From Macrostomum lignano (lineage: Eukaryota), in the NCBI GenBank assembly GCA_002269645.1, contig NIVC01005042.1, positions 1 through 27,966 on the forward strand: a DNA stretch of 27,966 nt. The letters run 5' to 3'. The notes below the pieces were generated by a model. It was not told the DNA's origin, did not search any database, and saw nothing but the letters and a program-made list of their open reading frames with translations. Each line of letters starts with the position of its first letter. Positions within the stretch are counted from its first letter, which is position 1. Position numbers and translations under genes: made by a program. Shown here one piece after another: positions 1 to 10,238 of this stretch.

Positions 1-1510
1 TCGAACAGCGAGACGGATTTGTAGTTGCCGGGCTCCGTGTCGAAGGCGTTCAGGTCGTATCTGGAGCCCGCTGCCGAGGCGCCCTCACCGACGCCACCGT
101 CGCGGCAGGTCGTCAATGTCGGTGGACACGAAGCGCGCCGACCGGAGCCAGAGATCTGGGAATAAACCTGCAGGGCGCTGTGGTCGTCCAGCAGCTCCCG
201 CAGCTCGGTACATGCTGCGCGAGGAGTCCTTGCTGAGGTGCTGCAGGCGCTGCGGGCCCGGTAGTCGCTCGGGCTGTTGCTGCCGCCGGAGCGCAGCGAG
301 CCGGACTGGCCCGGCCTGGCCGCCGGGTCGAACACCGGCCGGCGGAAATATTCATTGCGGGCCCTCTGGAGCCGCTCCTGGTCCAGCTGCAGTGAGGACT
401 GATGGTTGCCGCGGCTGCGGCCGGGCGGCCCCGGGTGGCACCGCCGTCTCCTGCAGCAGGAGCGGTAGGGCCGCTCTGCAACTCCTCCGGGCTCGCCTTG
501 CTGGCTGGTTGGCGAGCTGGGATCGCTGGTGTCGGAGATGTAGGCGCTCTCCACCATCTGGCCGCCCAGGAGTGTGGTGTCGCCGCTCTGCGGACTTACG
601 GCCTGCCGCTCCGGCGACATCGGCGCCTCGTTGAGGACGATTGGCGACCGCGGCGGAACTGCGGCTGGCAGCGGCGCCTCCATCTGGCGCTGCCTGGCAA
701 GCTGGCGTGCCTTCAGCGCGTCCAGCTGCCGCTTGAGATCCAGGAAGCGCTCCTGGTCGGAGCGAATCCGACCCAGCCTGTCCGTTGCCTCCACCGACTC
801 GTCCGTCTTCAGCTGCTCCATGAGCTGCACCTCCGACTGTACAGCTTGGTGCCCTCCGGCAGTAATCGTCCGCGATTTCCTGGCGCCGCTCCGTGTTGTA
901 GCGGCTCTGGATGACGGACCGGGTGGCGGCCTCGAAGTCCGCGTAGTCAGCCTTGTCGCCTTTGGCTGGCGACGGCAGCTCCTGGGTGACGGTCTCCTGC
1001 GTGGTGTCCTGCCGGCCCAGCCGCAGCAGGGAGAACACGTTCTCTGAGTTGTCCCGGCTGTCAAGTCGCCGAGGCGAGCTCACGACCCGCTTCTTGTCCG
1101 GTCGGCCGGGTCGGTACCCGGGTCGGGAGACTCCCGCCGCTGCAGCTCGCTGTCGCTGCTGACGGTGATCTGCAGGCGGCTGGGCTCCAGCACGGGGCTC
1201 GGGCGCACAGTGCAGGAGGTGGAGATGAATATCCGGTACTCCTCGGCTCCTTGGCGGGCTCTGCCGCGGGCCAGAGCCGCGCCCGCGATGCTGGCGGCCC
1301 GGGCGGTGGCCCGCGCGATGGCGGTGGTCGGGTTGGCGCCGCTGGCCTCCGTGGTGACGAAGGCCTCCGAGCCGCTGCTGCCGGACCCGTCGGCGTCCTC
1401 GGGGCCGTCCGCCGCCTCGCCGTCGGCGCCACCGAGCTGGCTGAGCTGCTCGCCCTTCGCGTTGGTGATGCGGGCTCTGGAGGACGCCACGGCCTGCACC
1501 GCGCCGCGGC
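1..1510 (-). CDS. Gene 1 exon D (partial, frameshifted; ends ...RYDLNAFDTEPGNYKSVSLF at the window edge)
   Basis: Acceptor CTGACTCCAG (AG at 1512-1511). Codon bias follows ORF 1080..1499, then the 352..1083 frame to about 855, then the original frame, which is open to position 1. Confidence 0.65.
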
Positions 1511-4500
1511 CTGGAGTCAGTTTTGCGGGATTTAACTGTGCTTATGCCTGCAGCCTCATTTATTTACCTTGGAAACCTGAAAGCCTGACAGATTCTACTA
1601 TTTTGCGAGATCAGCTCACCACCCTCTGAGCTGCGCGATACAGCCAGGTGGAAAATTCCACACTTCAAGTCAGAGAGCCGGCAAACTTAGCGAATTGGCT
1701 ACATTTTGATTCCTGTCCGGCATGAAACCTGCGCCTCACAGGCCGCCTGCGCCCACCCAAGTCGAGGCTTCGAAGTTTTTTTGCGTCGTTAAGCAGCGCC
1801 ATTTCCCCAAAAATGTCTCCGGAGAAAAACTGCATGAAAATAATCGATTTGCCACTCACCGCTGCGCCATTGGTCCAGCGGCCCGCTCGGGGCGAACTGG
1901 TACGACCCGGCGCTGACCTTCTCCAGCGCCAGAGGCTCCTCGACTGCTGGCGGCGCGTCCGCCTCCGCATTCGCTTCCGCCTTCATCTCTGCGGCTGATG
2001 CCGCTGCTTCAGCTTCCGCCAGCGGCTCCGCACAGCTGCTGTTGTTCTTTGCGGCTGGTCTGTCTGGCCACCTCCGACTCCGCCGACTTCGCTGACTCCG
2101 CCGACTCCGCCGACTCCGCCGACTCCGCCGACTCCGCCGATTCCGCCAACTCCGCCGACTTTGAGGACTCGCTGGAGTCCGACTCGGCGGCTCGCTTGAC
2201 CGGCCTGACTGCTCTGCGTCCAGGCGCGGCACTTTCGCCTCCGGCGGCTCGTTCAGGGCTTTGCGCTTCCTGACCACCTCGGCGTCGTCCTCCGGTGTCG
2301 GCTGCGGCAGCGGCTCCGCGCTGGCCCCTCCGTCCACCGAATCGGCGACTTCAACGTCTGGCGCTGCCGTCTCGCCCGGCTGCTCATCGTCCCCAGCCGA
2401 GGACTCTGCATCGGTGGACCGGTCGTCGTCTCCAGCCGTGCTGGAGGTCGCCGTCGAGCTGCTCGATTCGTCCTCGTCTTCGCTGGTTGAATACTCGATG
2501 TCCTCCGCCGCTTCCGGCAGAAACCTTCGCTGAGCAGCCCGCGGCATGGGCGTCGGGGTCTGAAGTGGAGCGGGGATTTACGGCTTGGAAATCACAGACT
2601 GGAGATCACAGACTGGAGATCACAGACTGCAGGTCACAGACAAGATGGAGGTCACAGACTGGAGGTCACAGTACATGGCTTACCGCATTGATACCTTGCA
2701 TTTCTATGCTGAAGACAATGGTTTTGTTGAGTCCTGCTGCTAACTGAAGAAAACGCTGTTTAAGCAGAGTCTGCTAAGATACTTGTTGCCGCAAACCCAA
2801 AGCCGGAACTGAGCCCAAGAAATGCCAAATTCTGTGCAAGCGCAGTCGCGGCAGGCAATGAAGCGAAGACAAATGGAAAAAAACCTGGCAAAGCTCGCCG
2901 CCGCGCTCACAAGGCCGAGCATCAAATGTTTTGCCTTTTTGTTGAGCAGCTCTCTGGGGTTGTGGGCAGGGCTCAGACTGAGGCAGACAGAGATAAGGAG
3001 GCCATTTGCGCGGCTAATTTAGGCAGTGCTGGCTGAGCCCCTCCTGCCCGTATCTCGGCTTGCAAGAGAGCAGAGAGCAGAGCGGAGTACACGCTAAGAG
3101 ACTCAAGCTCTCTTGGCGCATTGAGTCACCGGGCGAGATACCCAAGGCTGGCCAATGCGGGCGGTCTGGGCTATGGAATGAGAAACACGAAGCGGCAAAG
3201 GCGCCAAAGAAGAGAGCGAGACAGACGCAGAGCCATCGGCAAACAGGGCGGGGAATTGCCTCACAATTGCAACTTTAAGAGCTGCTCACCTTTGCTGTCG
3301 AGTCGCCCGACATCGCGGCAGCCGCAGCCGCCGCAGCCGCCACCACGTCTTCCATCGGCTCGTCTGCAGGAGGAGCGGGCGGGTGGAGAGATTTCTTTAT
3401 TGAATTCTGCGGCTCAGAAACCGTTTAGAAAGCCAAAACTGCTTAGGAAGACTGGCAGAAGTTCTCACGACCAGGCGGGGTCGCCGTGTTTATGGCAGAG
3501 CCGCGAGCGGAATTTCGCCTACGATTCGTGCCGCGTCCAACTTGCCCGAATTCCAACTAAATGGGAGGTGCTTGGCAGGCCGGCGGGGCAGATCTGGTAC
3601 CCGCCACCTGCCCAGCCAGCCGCCAAACAGGTGCACAGTCCGCAATGCCCCCCTGGTCTCTGCGCAGCTCCCTCCCTCCCTCCTGATAAGCGAAAGCGCC
3701 GCGCCCTTCTGACCGCCCCCCCTTTGGAGTCGGGCTTGCAAATTAGGGAGGGGCTGCCCGCACTGCCGGATTGGCTTTCACTGCACGGCTGCACCTCTGG
3801 CTCTGTGCCTCTGGCTCTCTTTGCACTGGCTGCGGTGAGTGAGTGAGGGAGTGAGTGAGTGAGTGAGTGAGTGAGTGAGTGAGTGAGTGAGTGAGTGAGT
3901 GAGTGAGTGAGTGAGTGAGTGAGTGAGTGAGTGAGTGAGTGAGTGAGTGAGTGAGTGAGTGAGTGAGTGAGTGAGTGAGTGAGTGAGTGAGTGAGTGAGT
4001 GAGTGAGTGAGTGAGTGAGTGAGTGAGTGAGTGAGTGAGTGAGTGAGTGAGTGAGTGAGTGAGTGAGTGAGTGAGTGAGTGAGTGAGTGAGTGAGTGAGT
4101 GAGTGAGTGAGTGAGTGAGTGAGTGAGTGAGTGAGTGAGTGAGTGAGTGAGTGAGTGAGTGAGTGAGTGAGTGAGTGAGTGAGTGAGTGAGTGAGTGAGT
4201 GAGTGAGTGAGTGAGTGAGTGAGTGAGTGAGTGAGTGAGTGAGTGAGTGAGTGAGTGAGTGAGTGAGTGAGTGAGTGAGTGAGTGAGTGAGTGAGTGAGG
4301 GAAGCCACTGCAGGCACCTGCTCTCTCCTGCTCACCCGGCATAGAAGCGCACAAGCGGGCGATTTGTCAGCCTGACTTACAAAGGCGGCTCCCACACCCA
4401 GTGATTCGGCGCTCCCCAGCCAGGCCGCAGCCCCGGGCCAAACCAGCCCTCCCGCCCTCCCGCCCTCCCCGTCTTAATGGCGACCCCGAAATCACCGATA

Positions 4501-7500
4501 AATCGATTATCTGTGCCGGCCTCGCGCAGCCAGGCGCGGCTCACAGCGCACCAGTTGAATTTCTCTGCTCTGCGCTCCGCCGAGATCCCGAGCGTCTCCG
4601 AGAACTCTGATCCCATGCGCGCAATGCTTCTGCCCCTGCTCAGCTCCCAGTGACTCCCCTCCGAGCCTTGTTAGGTCAGCGCTGATGGCCTGAAGAAAGT
4701 TCTTCTGCTCGGGCTGCCGATCTCCGCCACTGCCCCATCAAATTAAAGCATTTGAGGATGCGCCGAAGGCCTGACTGATCCCCTGACACTCGCAGTAATT
4801 GCATTTGTCCACAGCCCGCGGCTCCACGTCTCCCTGATCAGCCGCTTAGCCATCGAGTCCTCATTTGGGAAATCTCCCAGCTTTGTCAGAGGGGTCGAGA
4901 TTTGAAAGACCGCGAGATCATTCATTCGCCAGTGCTCAGATTAGCTATAAGAATGCCGGAACTCACACTGGTCCATCGCAGCGCCCCCCTCCCAGTGCTC
5001 AGATTAGCTATAAGAATGCCGGAACTCACACTGGTCCATCGCAGCGCCCCCCTCCCCAGTGCTCAGATTAGCTATAAGAATGCCGGAACTCACACTGGTC
5101 CATCGCAGCGCCCCCCTCCCCAGTGCTCAGATTAGCTATAAGAATGCCGGAACTCACACTGGTCCATCGCAGCGCCCCCCTCCCCAGTGCTCAGATTAGC
5201 TATAAGAATGCCGGAACTCACACTGGTCCATCGCAGCGCCCCCCTCCCCAGTGCTCAGATTAGCTATAAGAATGCCGGAACTCACACTGGTCCATCGCAG
5301 CGCCCCCCTCCCCAGTGCTCAGATTAGCTATAAGAATGCCGGAACTCACACTGGTCCATCGCAGCGCCCCCCTCCCCAGTGCTCAGATTAGCTATAAGAA
5401 TGCCGGAACTCACACTGGTCCATCTCAGCGGCCCCCCTCCCCAGTGCTCAGATTAGCTATAAGAATGCCGGAACTCACACTGGTCCATCTCAGCGGCCCC
5501 CTCCCCAGTGCTCAGATTAGCTATAGGAATGCCGGAACTCACACTGGTCCATCGCAGCGCCCCCCCCCCCCCAGTGCTCAGATTAGCTATAAGAATGCCG
5601 GAACTCACACTGGTCCATCGCAGCGGCCCCAGCGGCTCCGCCCGCAGCTCAATGACCAGGCGCTTGCGGCACGCAGAGCACCGCTTCACCATCACCCGAA
5701 CCAGCGCGCCTTGGGACATGCTGTGCTCAACAATTCTTGGCTGCAGCTGCAGCCTGCTTGTAGTCCAGTTTCTAATATAACAATTCCTTAGCAACTCGGT
5801 GGCAGAGTCTGAGACCGGAACGCCCCATTATTTGTAATGCTACGTGAGCTGGCGGAGTGCCATAGACATGGGTAGCCGGCTGTTCTTTTGTACTCTATTT
5901 TAGCAGCAGCCGGATGCAGCTGGAGGGGCCCCATCAATAATTAACAAAGCTGGGCTGGCATGAAGGGGGAGACCGCACTGTCCCAGCGGAGATGACGGAG
6001 ATGGAGCAATAGAAGCCGCAGCATCCCTCTGAGCCGGGCATTGGAGGGGAAGGGTTAAGTCTCTCCAAAGTAGGCAAAGTCCCGTTGATTCCCGACAGCT
6101 TAAGGCGGCGGCAAGGCTTGCGGAGTGTTTCACCCGGGCCAGGATTTCAACTGCCAAGTAGCCAGCAGTGGCTCAAGGGCCTGAAGGACTGCTGCATCCA
6201 TTATCAACTGCATTGACTGCTTTCACTACACTAATTAAGTCGGTTTCTCACGGGTCTTGTGCGCAATATGCGGCTACTCGAAAGCAAAAGTGTGCCCCTC
6301 CCCCAATGCCAAATTTCCAGGCAAAACGACCCACCGTGTGGCACTCATTATGCGAGCTCAAGCGGTGTCTACCGGGGGAAGCGGAGCACGAGAAACTTTT
6401 GTATTTATAATTTTACCAACTGGCGCTGGCCTCAGCCGCTTCTAATAGCCGTTTAATAGGCCCTCGGCCCTCGATAAAGAGCAGCGTGCCCGGCCCGCCC
6501 AGGCCACTCACCGAACCGCGTCACTTCAGTCTCCTCGTCGGCTTCGTCAAGCTCCTCCTCAGTCTCAATGAGCTGGCTGCCCCGCAGGCTGTTGTCGCCG
6601 CTGCCACCGCGGCCCTCCGTCACTGTGGCGAACGACTCGCAGCTCTCCCTGGCCGTGTAGAAGGTGGACGCCGAGTCGCTCTGCAGGCCGCCGCTCTGCA
6701 GCTCCTCGGCACTGCGCGCCGCTCTCAGGCGGCTCTCCTGGTCAGCAGCGGCTGCAGTGGCAGCTGCCGTGGCTGAGCTGAAGTCCGGGTTGCTCTTGCG
6801 AATCTCCTGCATCTCGATGTCCCGCTGGATGGCGGAGCCGCGCAGCGCCACCTCCTCCTCCTCTGTCTCCATTGGGCTGGCGTACTTCTCCTCGATCTTT
6901 GCAGCCGGCAGCCACGCGTCCTCGTCGTCCTCCTCCTCATCCTCATCTTCCGAGCTGCTGATCTCATCGGAGCTCTCCTCCAGGATGGGAAACAGACAGC
7001 GGCTGCTGCCGATCATCTGGCTGCTGGCCCTGAGAATGTCGTGGATGCTCTGGTACTCGAAGCTCGGCTGGTCGTACGAGGCGTCCTTCTCGTACGTGTT
7101 GATGATGAAGTCCGAGATGTCGCTCTCTTCGTCCTCGCTGGACTCGGCCGGCGACCCCGGCGGCGCGTCCGTCTCCTCCGACGCCGCCGCAGTTCCAGCC
7201 GTCGATGCCGGTTCCACCGGCTTTGGCAGCGGCGGCAGCGGGGGCGGACGCGACGGCAGCTGCTGTGGCTGGCCGCTCCGAGCTTTGATCTTCAGCAGGA
7301 TGTCGCGCGTCTTGTCGCTGAACTCCGGGTAGTAGGCGGCGTCCTGCTGCGTTGCGTTGGCGTCGCCGCCGCCGCTGCAGAATGTTGAAGTCCCCCAGAG
7401 ACCGCCGCCGCCGTAGACTCCGGTGTCGTGCGAGTCGAGCGGCTCCAGCGAGTCCCGGTCCATGGCAACGGCCCGCGAGCCGGTGGGGTCGCTCTGGGTC

Positions 7501-8156
7501 CGGTCCTCCGGGTGCGGCCGGTGCCTCAGCGCAATCTGCAGCCCGTCCTCGTGGTATTCCTCGGTGAAGTTAGCGGCCAGATCGTCCGCCCCCGACATGG
7601 CCAAGCTGTTGCTGGTGATGGAGATGCCCGCGCCGGCTCTCTGCAGCTTCTCCAGGTGCAGATCGTCCGTGGAGCCCCTGCCGGAGTGGTGCTGCTGCGG
7701 GGAGTCGCCCTCCGTGTCCAGAATTCTGGCCAGCGCTGTGAAGTCCGACTTCACGGAGGTCATGAGGTCCTCGATGCTCGAGGCTCCATCCGGTGGCTGC
7801 CGCGGCTGCGACCACAGCGGCGGCTGCGCAGCGGCGCTTCGGGTTCCGGCGCGACTCTTTAATGGCGAGTAGAAGGCCCCGTCTGCGGCCTCGCCGTCCA
7901 GACTGTCCGAGTCCGACAGGCTCTCATCGCGGAACTCGCGACACTCGTCTTGACTGGGCGACTCGAGAGACATCGGCTGCGGATACTGCTGCTGCTGCTG
8001 AAGCTGCTCGCCGGGCAGCTGGAGGTTCGAGTTGATGCTCAGCATGTCCCGCTTGACCTCGCTGAGCGCAGTTTCCAGGGAGCTGTAGCGCTCGTCCCGC
8101 AGCTGCGCCATTCTGTCCAGGTCAGCACCGTCAGCTGGCGGGACCTCCGCCGACAT
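1..8156 (-). CDS. Multi-exon gene for a large acidic Ser/Glu/Ala-rich, probably disordered protein of unknown function; 3' end lies outside the window
   Basis: Manual splice model join(8156..6512, 3363..3290, 2559..1860, 1510..<1). All introns are GT-AG (donors GTGAGT, GTGAGC, GTGAGT) with matching phases 1, 0, 1. GC3-rich codons. A TGA at 1080-1082 needs a frameshift to bypass. No recognisable domain. Confidence 0.7.
1860..2559 (-). CDS. Gene 1 exon C (TPTPMPRAAQ...PLDQWRS-G)
   Basis: Acceptor CCACTTCAG (AG at 2561-2560); ORF 1789..2547 frame; donor AGCG|GTGAGT at 1859. Confidence 0.75.
2073..2160. repeat. 9-bp tandem repeat (GCCGACTCC)n, about 10 copies, inside exon C
   Basis: Directly visible; reads as SAE or SRR repeats on the minus strand depending on frame. 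Confidence 0.9.
2586..2671. repeat. 14-bp tandem repeat TGGAGATCACAGAC, about 6 degenerate copies, just upstream of the exon C acceptor
   Basis: Directly visible. Confidence 0.85.
3290..3363 (-). CDS. Gene 1 exon B, 74 nt (D-EPMEDVVAAAAAAAAAMSGDSTAK)
   Basis: Acceptor CTCCTCCTGCAG (AG at 3365-3364) and donor AAG|GTGAGC at 3289. Phase 1 in and phase 0 out exactly bridges exons A and C. Too short for the ORF track. Confidence 0.75.
3835..4299. repeat. (GTGA)n / (TCAC)n tetranucleotide microsatellite, about 115 units
   Basis: Near-perfect 465-bp run, with one GAGG interruption near the start. Confidence 0.99.
4929..5630. repeat. ~64-bp minisatellite, 11 copies (CCAGTGCTCAGATTAGCTATAAGAATGCCGGAACTCACACTGGTCCATCGCAGCGCCCCCCTCC)
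   Basis: The AGTGCTC motif recurs at 4931, 4994, 5058, 5122, 5186, 5250, 5314, 5378, 5443, 5507 and 5573. Length variation lies mainly in the poly-C tract. Confidence 0.98.
6512..8156 (-). CDS. Gene 1 exon A (MSAEVPPADG...EETEVTRF-G)
   Basis: 567-aa ORF 6453..8156 with strong GC3 bias; donor TTCG|GTGAGT at 6511. A possible acceptor (CGCAG) about 36 nt upstream of the ATG means an upstream exon cannot be excluded. Confidence 0.8.
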
Positions 8157-8799
8157 CGAAGGCTCGGGGTTGCCGGCTGGCCGCCCGCGCCGCTGCGTTG
8201 GCGATTGCGAATTGAAAACCGGCAGAGTGGAAAGCGAACTTCCGACCTCGCCCTGCAGCAGCGTCTGTGATGGGCAAATCGGGGGTCAAATCCGGTGAAG
8301 CAGCCCTTGGTGCCTGTTTGGGGCAGGTAAAAGCAGCAATGGGGAGCTCGCGCCCTAAAATCGCACTGCAATGCCGGCGGCTTTCCTGAGCAGAGCAGAG
8401 CTCTCTGCAGCCTGGCTGTACGGGCGGGGTTGCCTTTTAAAAGAGCTGACGCAGCCGCGTGTACGAGAGTGGGGGTGGGGGGGGTCGGCAATAAAGCGCC
8501 GGGGTGGCTGCCTCTGCCGCGCCTACGTAGCTATTTGCGCTGGCGTCTTTGCGCCCGAGCCGGGCGGGCCAAAGTGCGTCTCCGTGCGTGCGAGACCGGC
8601 CTTTTTCTTCTCTTCAGAGCCGTCTGCGCCTCTCCGCCTCTCCGCCGTGTCTCCCCAGCCGGTGAGACAATGCGAAGGCTGTTGGCTTGCTGTGCTAAAA
8701 ATGAATTCGCTTTGAACGGCGCACGCTGGTGACTCACGCACGGCCAGTGTGACCTGAACAGACCAAAGGTGTTTTGCACGTTGGCTAATTAGTATTCTA

Positions 8800-9750
8800 T
8801 TGACCCATCTCACCTGCGGAAGCGAGACGGAGAAGGACAGCCGAAATTTCCAAAAACGGCGATTCACAATGTACGCTTCGGAGCGGAGCCTCCCGCGAGC
8901 CGCGAGCTGCGCCAAGAGATCTCGCGCGCGGTTCCAGTGAAAATCTACGTGAGCTTCACTTTGAGCAGCGCTTTGGAACAGGCGGCACGGGCGGCCTTCT
9001 CACCGGCCGCTGGGACGATGAGAGGCCATTTTTAGCAACTGGGCAAAACTGGGGAGGCTGCGCTCAGAAATCCTCATAGGGCCAAGAAAGGAGGCGAGAA
9101 TAGCACTGGGAAAGGCTTTGAGCAGCGGTGAGTCACCGCATTGTCCGTCGGGCCTCTCCGCCCGCCCGATTGCTGAGCAGGCCGTGTGAGCACAGCATGT
9201 GCGGCTGCCTCTGCACTGAGTCTCCCTGCCCCCAGACCCGCCTCTCCCTTCCCCGTGCCAGCGACAGACGAGCGGTTCGCCCTCCGCCTTCCTCACCCGC
9301 CTGCCAACCTCTTCTTCCTCTGCGCACGCCCGCCAGCCTTTCCTTTCCTCGGCTCAGCGGAGAGCGGAGCGGGCAGCCCCGGCAGCGACGGGCAGGCCTG
9401 CAGTATAAGAGCGACCGCTTGCCAAACTTAGCAGCCGCTATCTGCGGTGCAGCTCACAGCTTGTTATTGTATTTTACGATATCCTTTTCACCCGCTGTCG
9501 CGAATAAGTACGCGGCCAACCAGCCCGTGCTGCTCAAGATATTCCAAGTGTTTTACGGATAGACTGGAGTTTCTCTGCAGGGGAGATTCATGGCATATAG
9601 CATTGTTGAGCTGGATTAGCAAAGGCACTGAGCACCAGGGGCGGCATGAATCTTACAATTTCACGGGCAGTGATTTATAAACTGGCTGAGTTACCGCCCG
9701 TAGATCAAAGCGAGTGCGGATCACAATTTCGAGTTTGCCGAGAAGCTTAC
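8800..9750 (+). pseudogene. Possible decayed LRR-like coding remnant
   Basis: Fragments in shifting frames (LRSEILIGPRKEARIALGKALSSG, VLRIDWSFSAGE, AGLAKALSTRGGMNLTIS) loosely recall RNI-type LRRs; donor-like GCG|GTGAGT at 9128. Many stops; weak. Confidence 0.2.
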
Positions 9751-10189
9751 AATGATAATAATTTGAGAACGCGTATATTTTGTTGCGGTGTGCATGCGCC
9801 ACGCTTACTACTAGCTATTCATACTTGTGAAGAATAATTAAAAAGAATAATCAGTTCGTAAAAATCCTAGCGCAATGCAGGTCTGTGGTAGTTTGAAGCC
9901 ATACTGGCCGCAAATTAATCCCACATCAGCTCAGAATCACTAAGCAGGTGCAGAGCAGTCAATAACTCTTTAAACTCGTCAAGGACGTCTCAAGTACGTA
10001 GAAGGACTGCAAAAAATGAGCAGAGATTTTTTATCTGTTTTGTGTCTTTTAAACTCTCTCCTGACAGTTGCTTTCTGCGTAGGGAAAGCCTTCAAAATGT
10101 TTTCTAAGAAATTGATGTGCCCCAGCCTGCTTTGTTCGTCCTGGGCACTCGTACGGCACGCATTTACAGTCAGGTGAATCCGGGCTCCA

Positions 10190-10238
10190 TCAAGTTGCTG
10201 GTGTCGCCAAAAAGTCTTCCTGAAAACGCAGCTGGTCC
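10190..10238 (-). CDS. cGLR gene probable terminal exon 8 (DQLRFQEDFLATPAT*)
   Basis: Acceptor TTGCTCACCCATATTGAATTCCAG at 10239, phase 2 compatible; TGA at 10192-10190. Other acceptors are possible. Confidence 0.5.

Larger units (their letters stand above)
3519..5771 (-). pseudogene. Possible nested same-strand gene or pseudogene inside the gene 1 A-B intron (candidate exons 5771..5609, 4880..4381, 3829..3519)
   Basis: Candidate splice sites: TATTAG acceptor, CAGT|GTGAGT donor at 5608, GACAAAG acceptor at 4881, TTT|GTAAGT donor at 4380, CCGCAG acceptor at 3830. The first junction is in frame (EPLGPLRWTS|LGDFPNEDSMAK), but the middle exon has stops and frameshifts. No family recognised. Confidence 0.3.

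Noticed and set aside
3743-4395. ORFs with (HSLT)n repeats
   Set aside because: Translation artefacts of the (TCAC)n microsatellite.
4929-5630. CRISPR array interpretation of this and the other arrays (10381-10888, 23696-24286, 25589-26058)
   Set aside because: Units are contiguous with no unique 25-45 bp spacers, there are no cas genes, and the context is intron-containing eukaryotic DNA.
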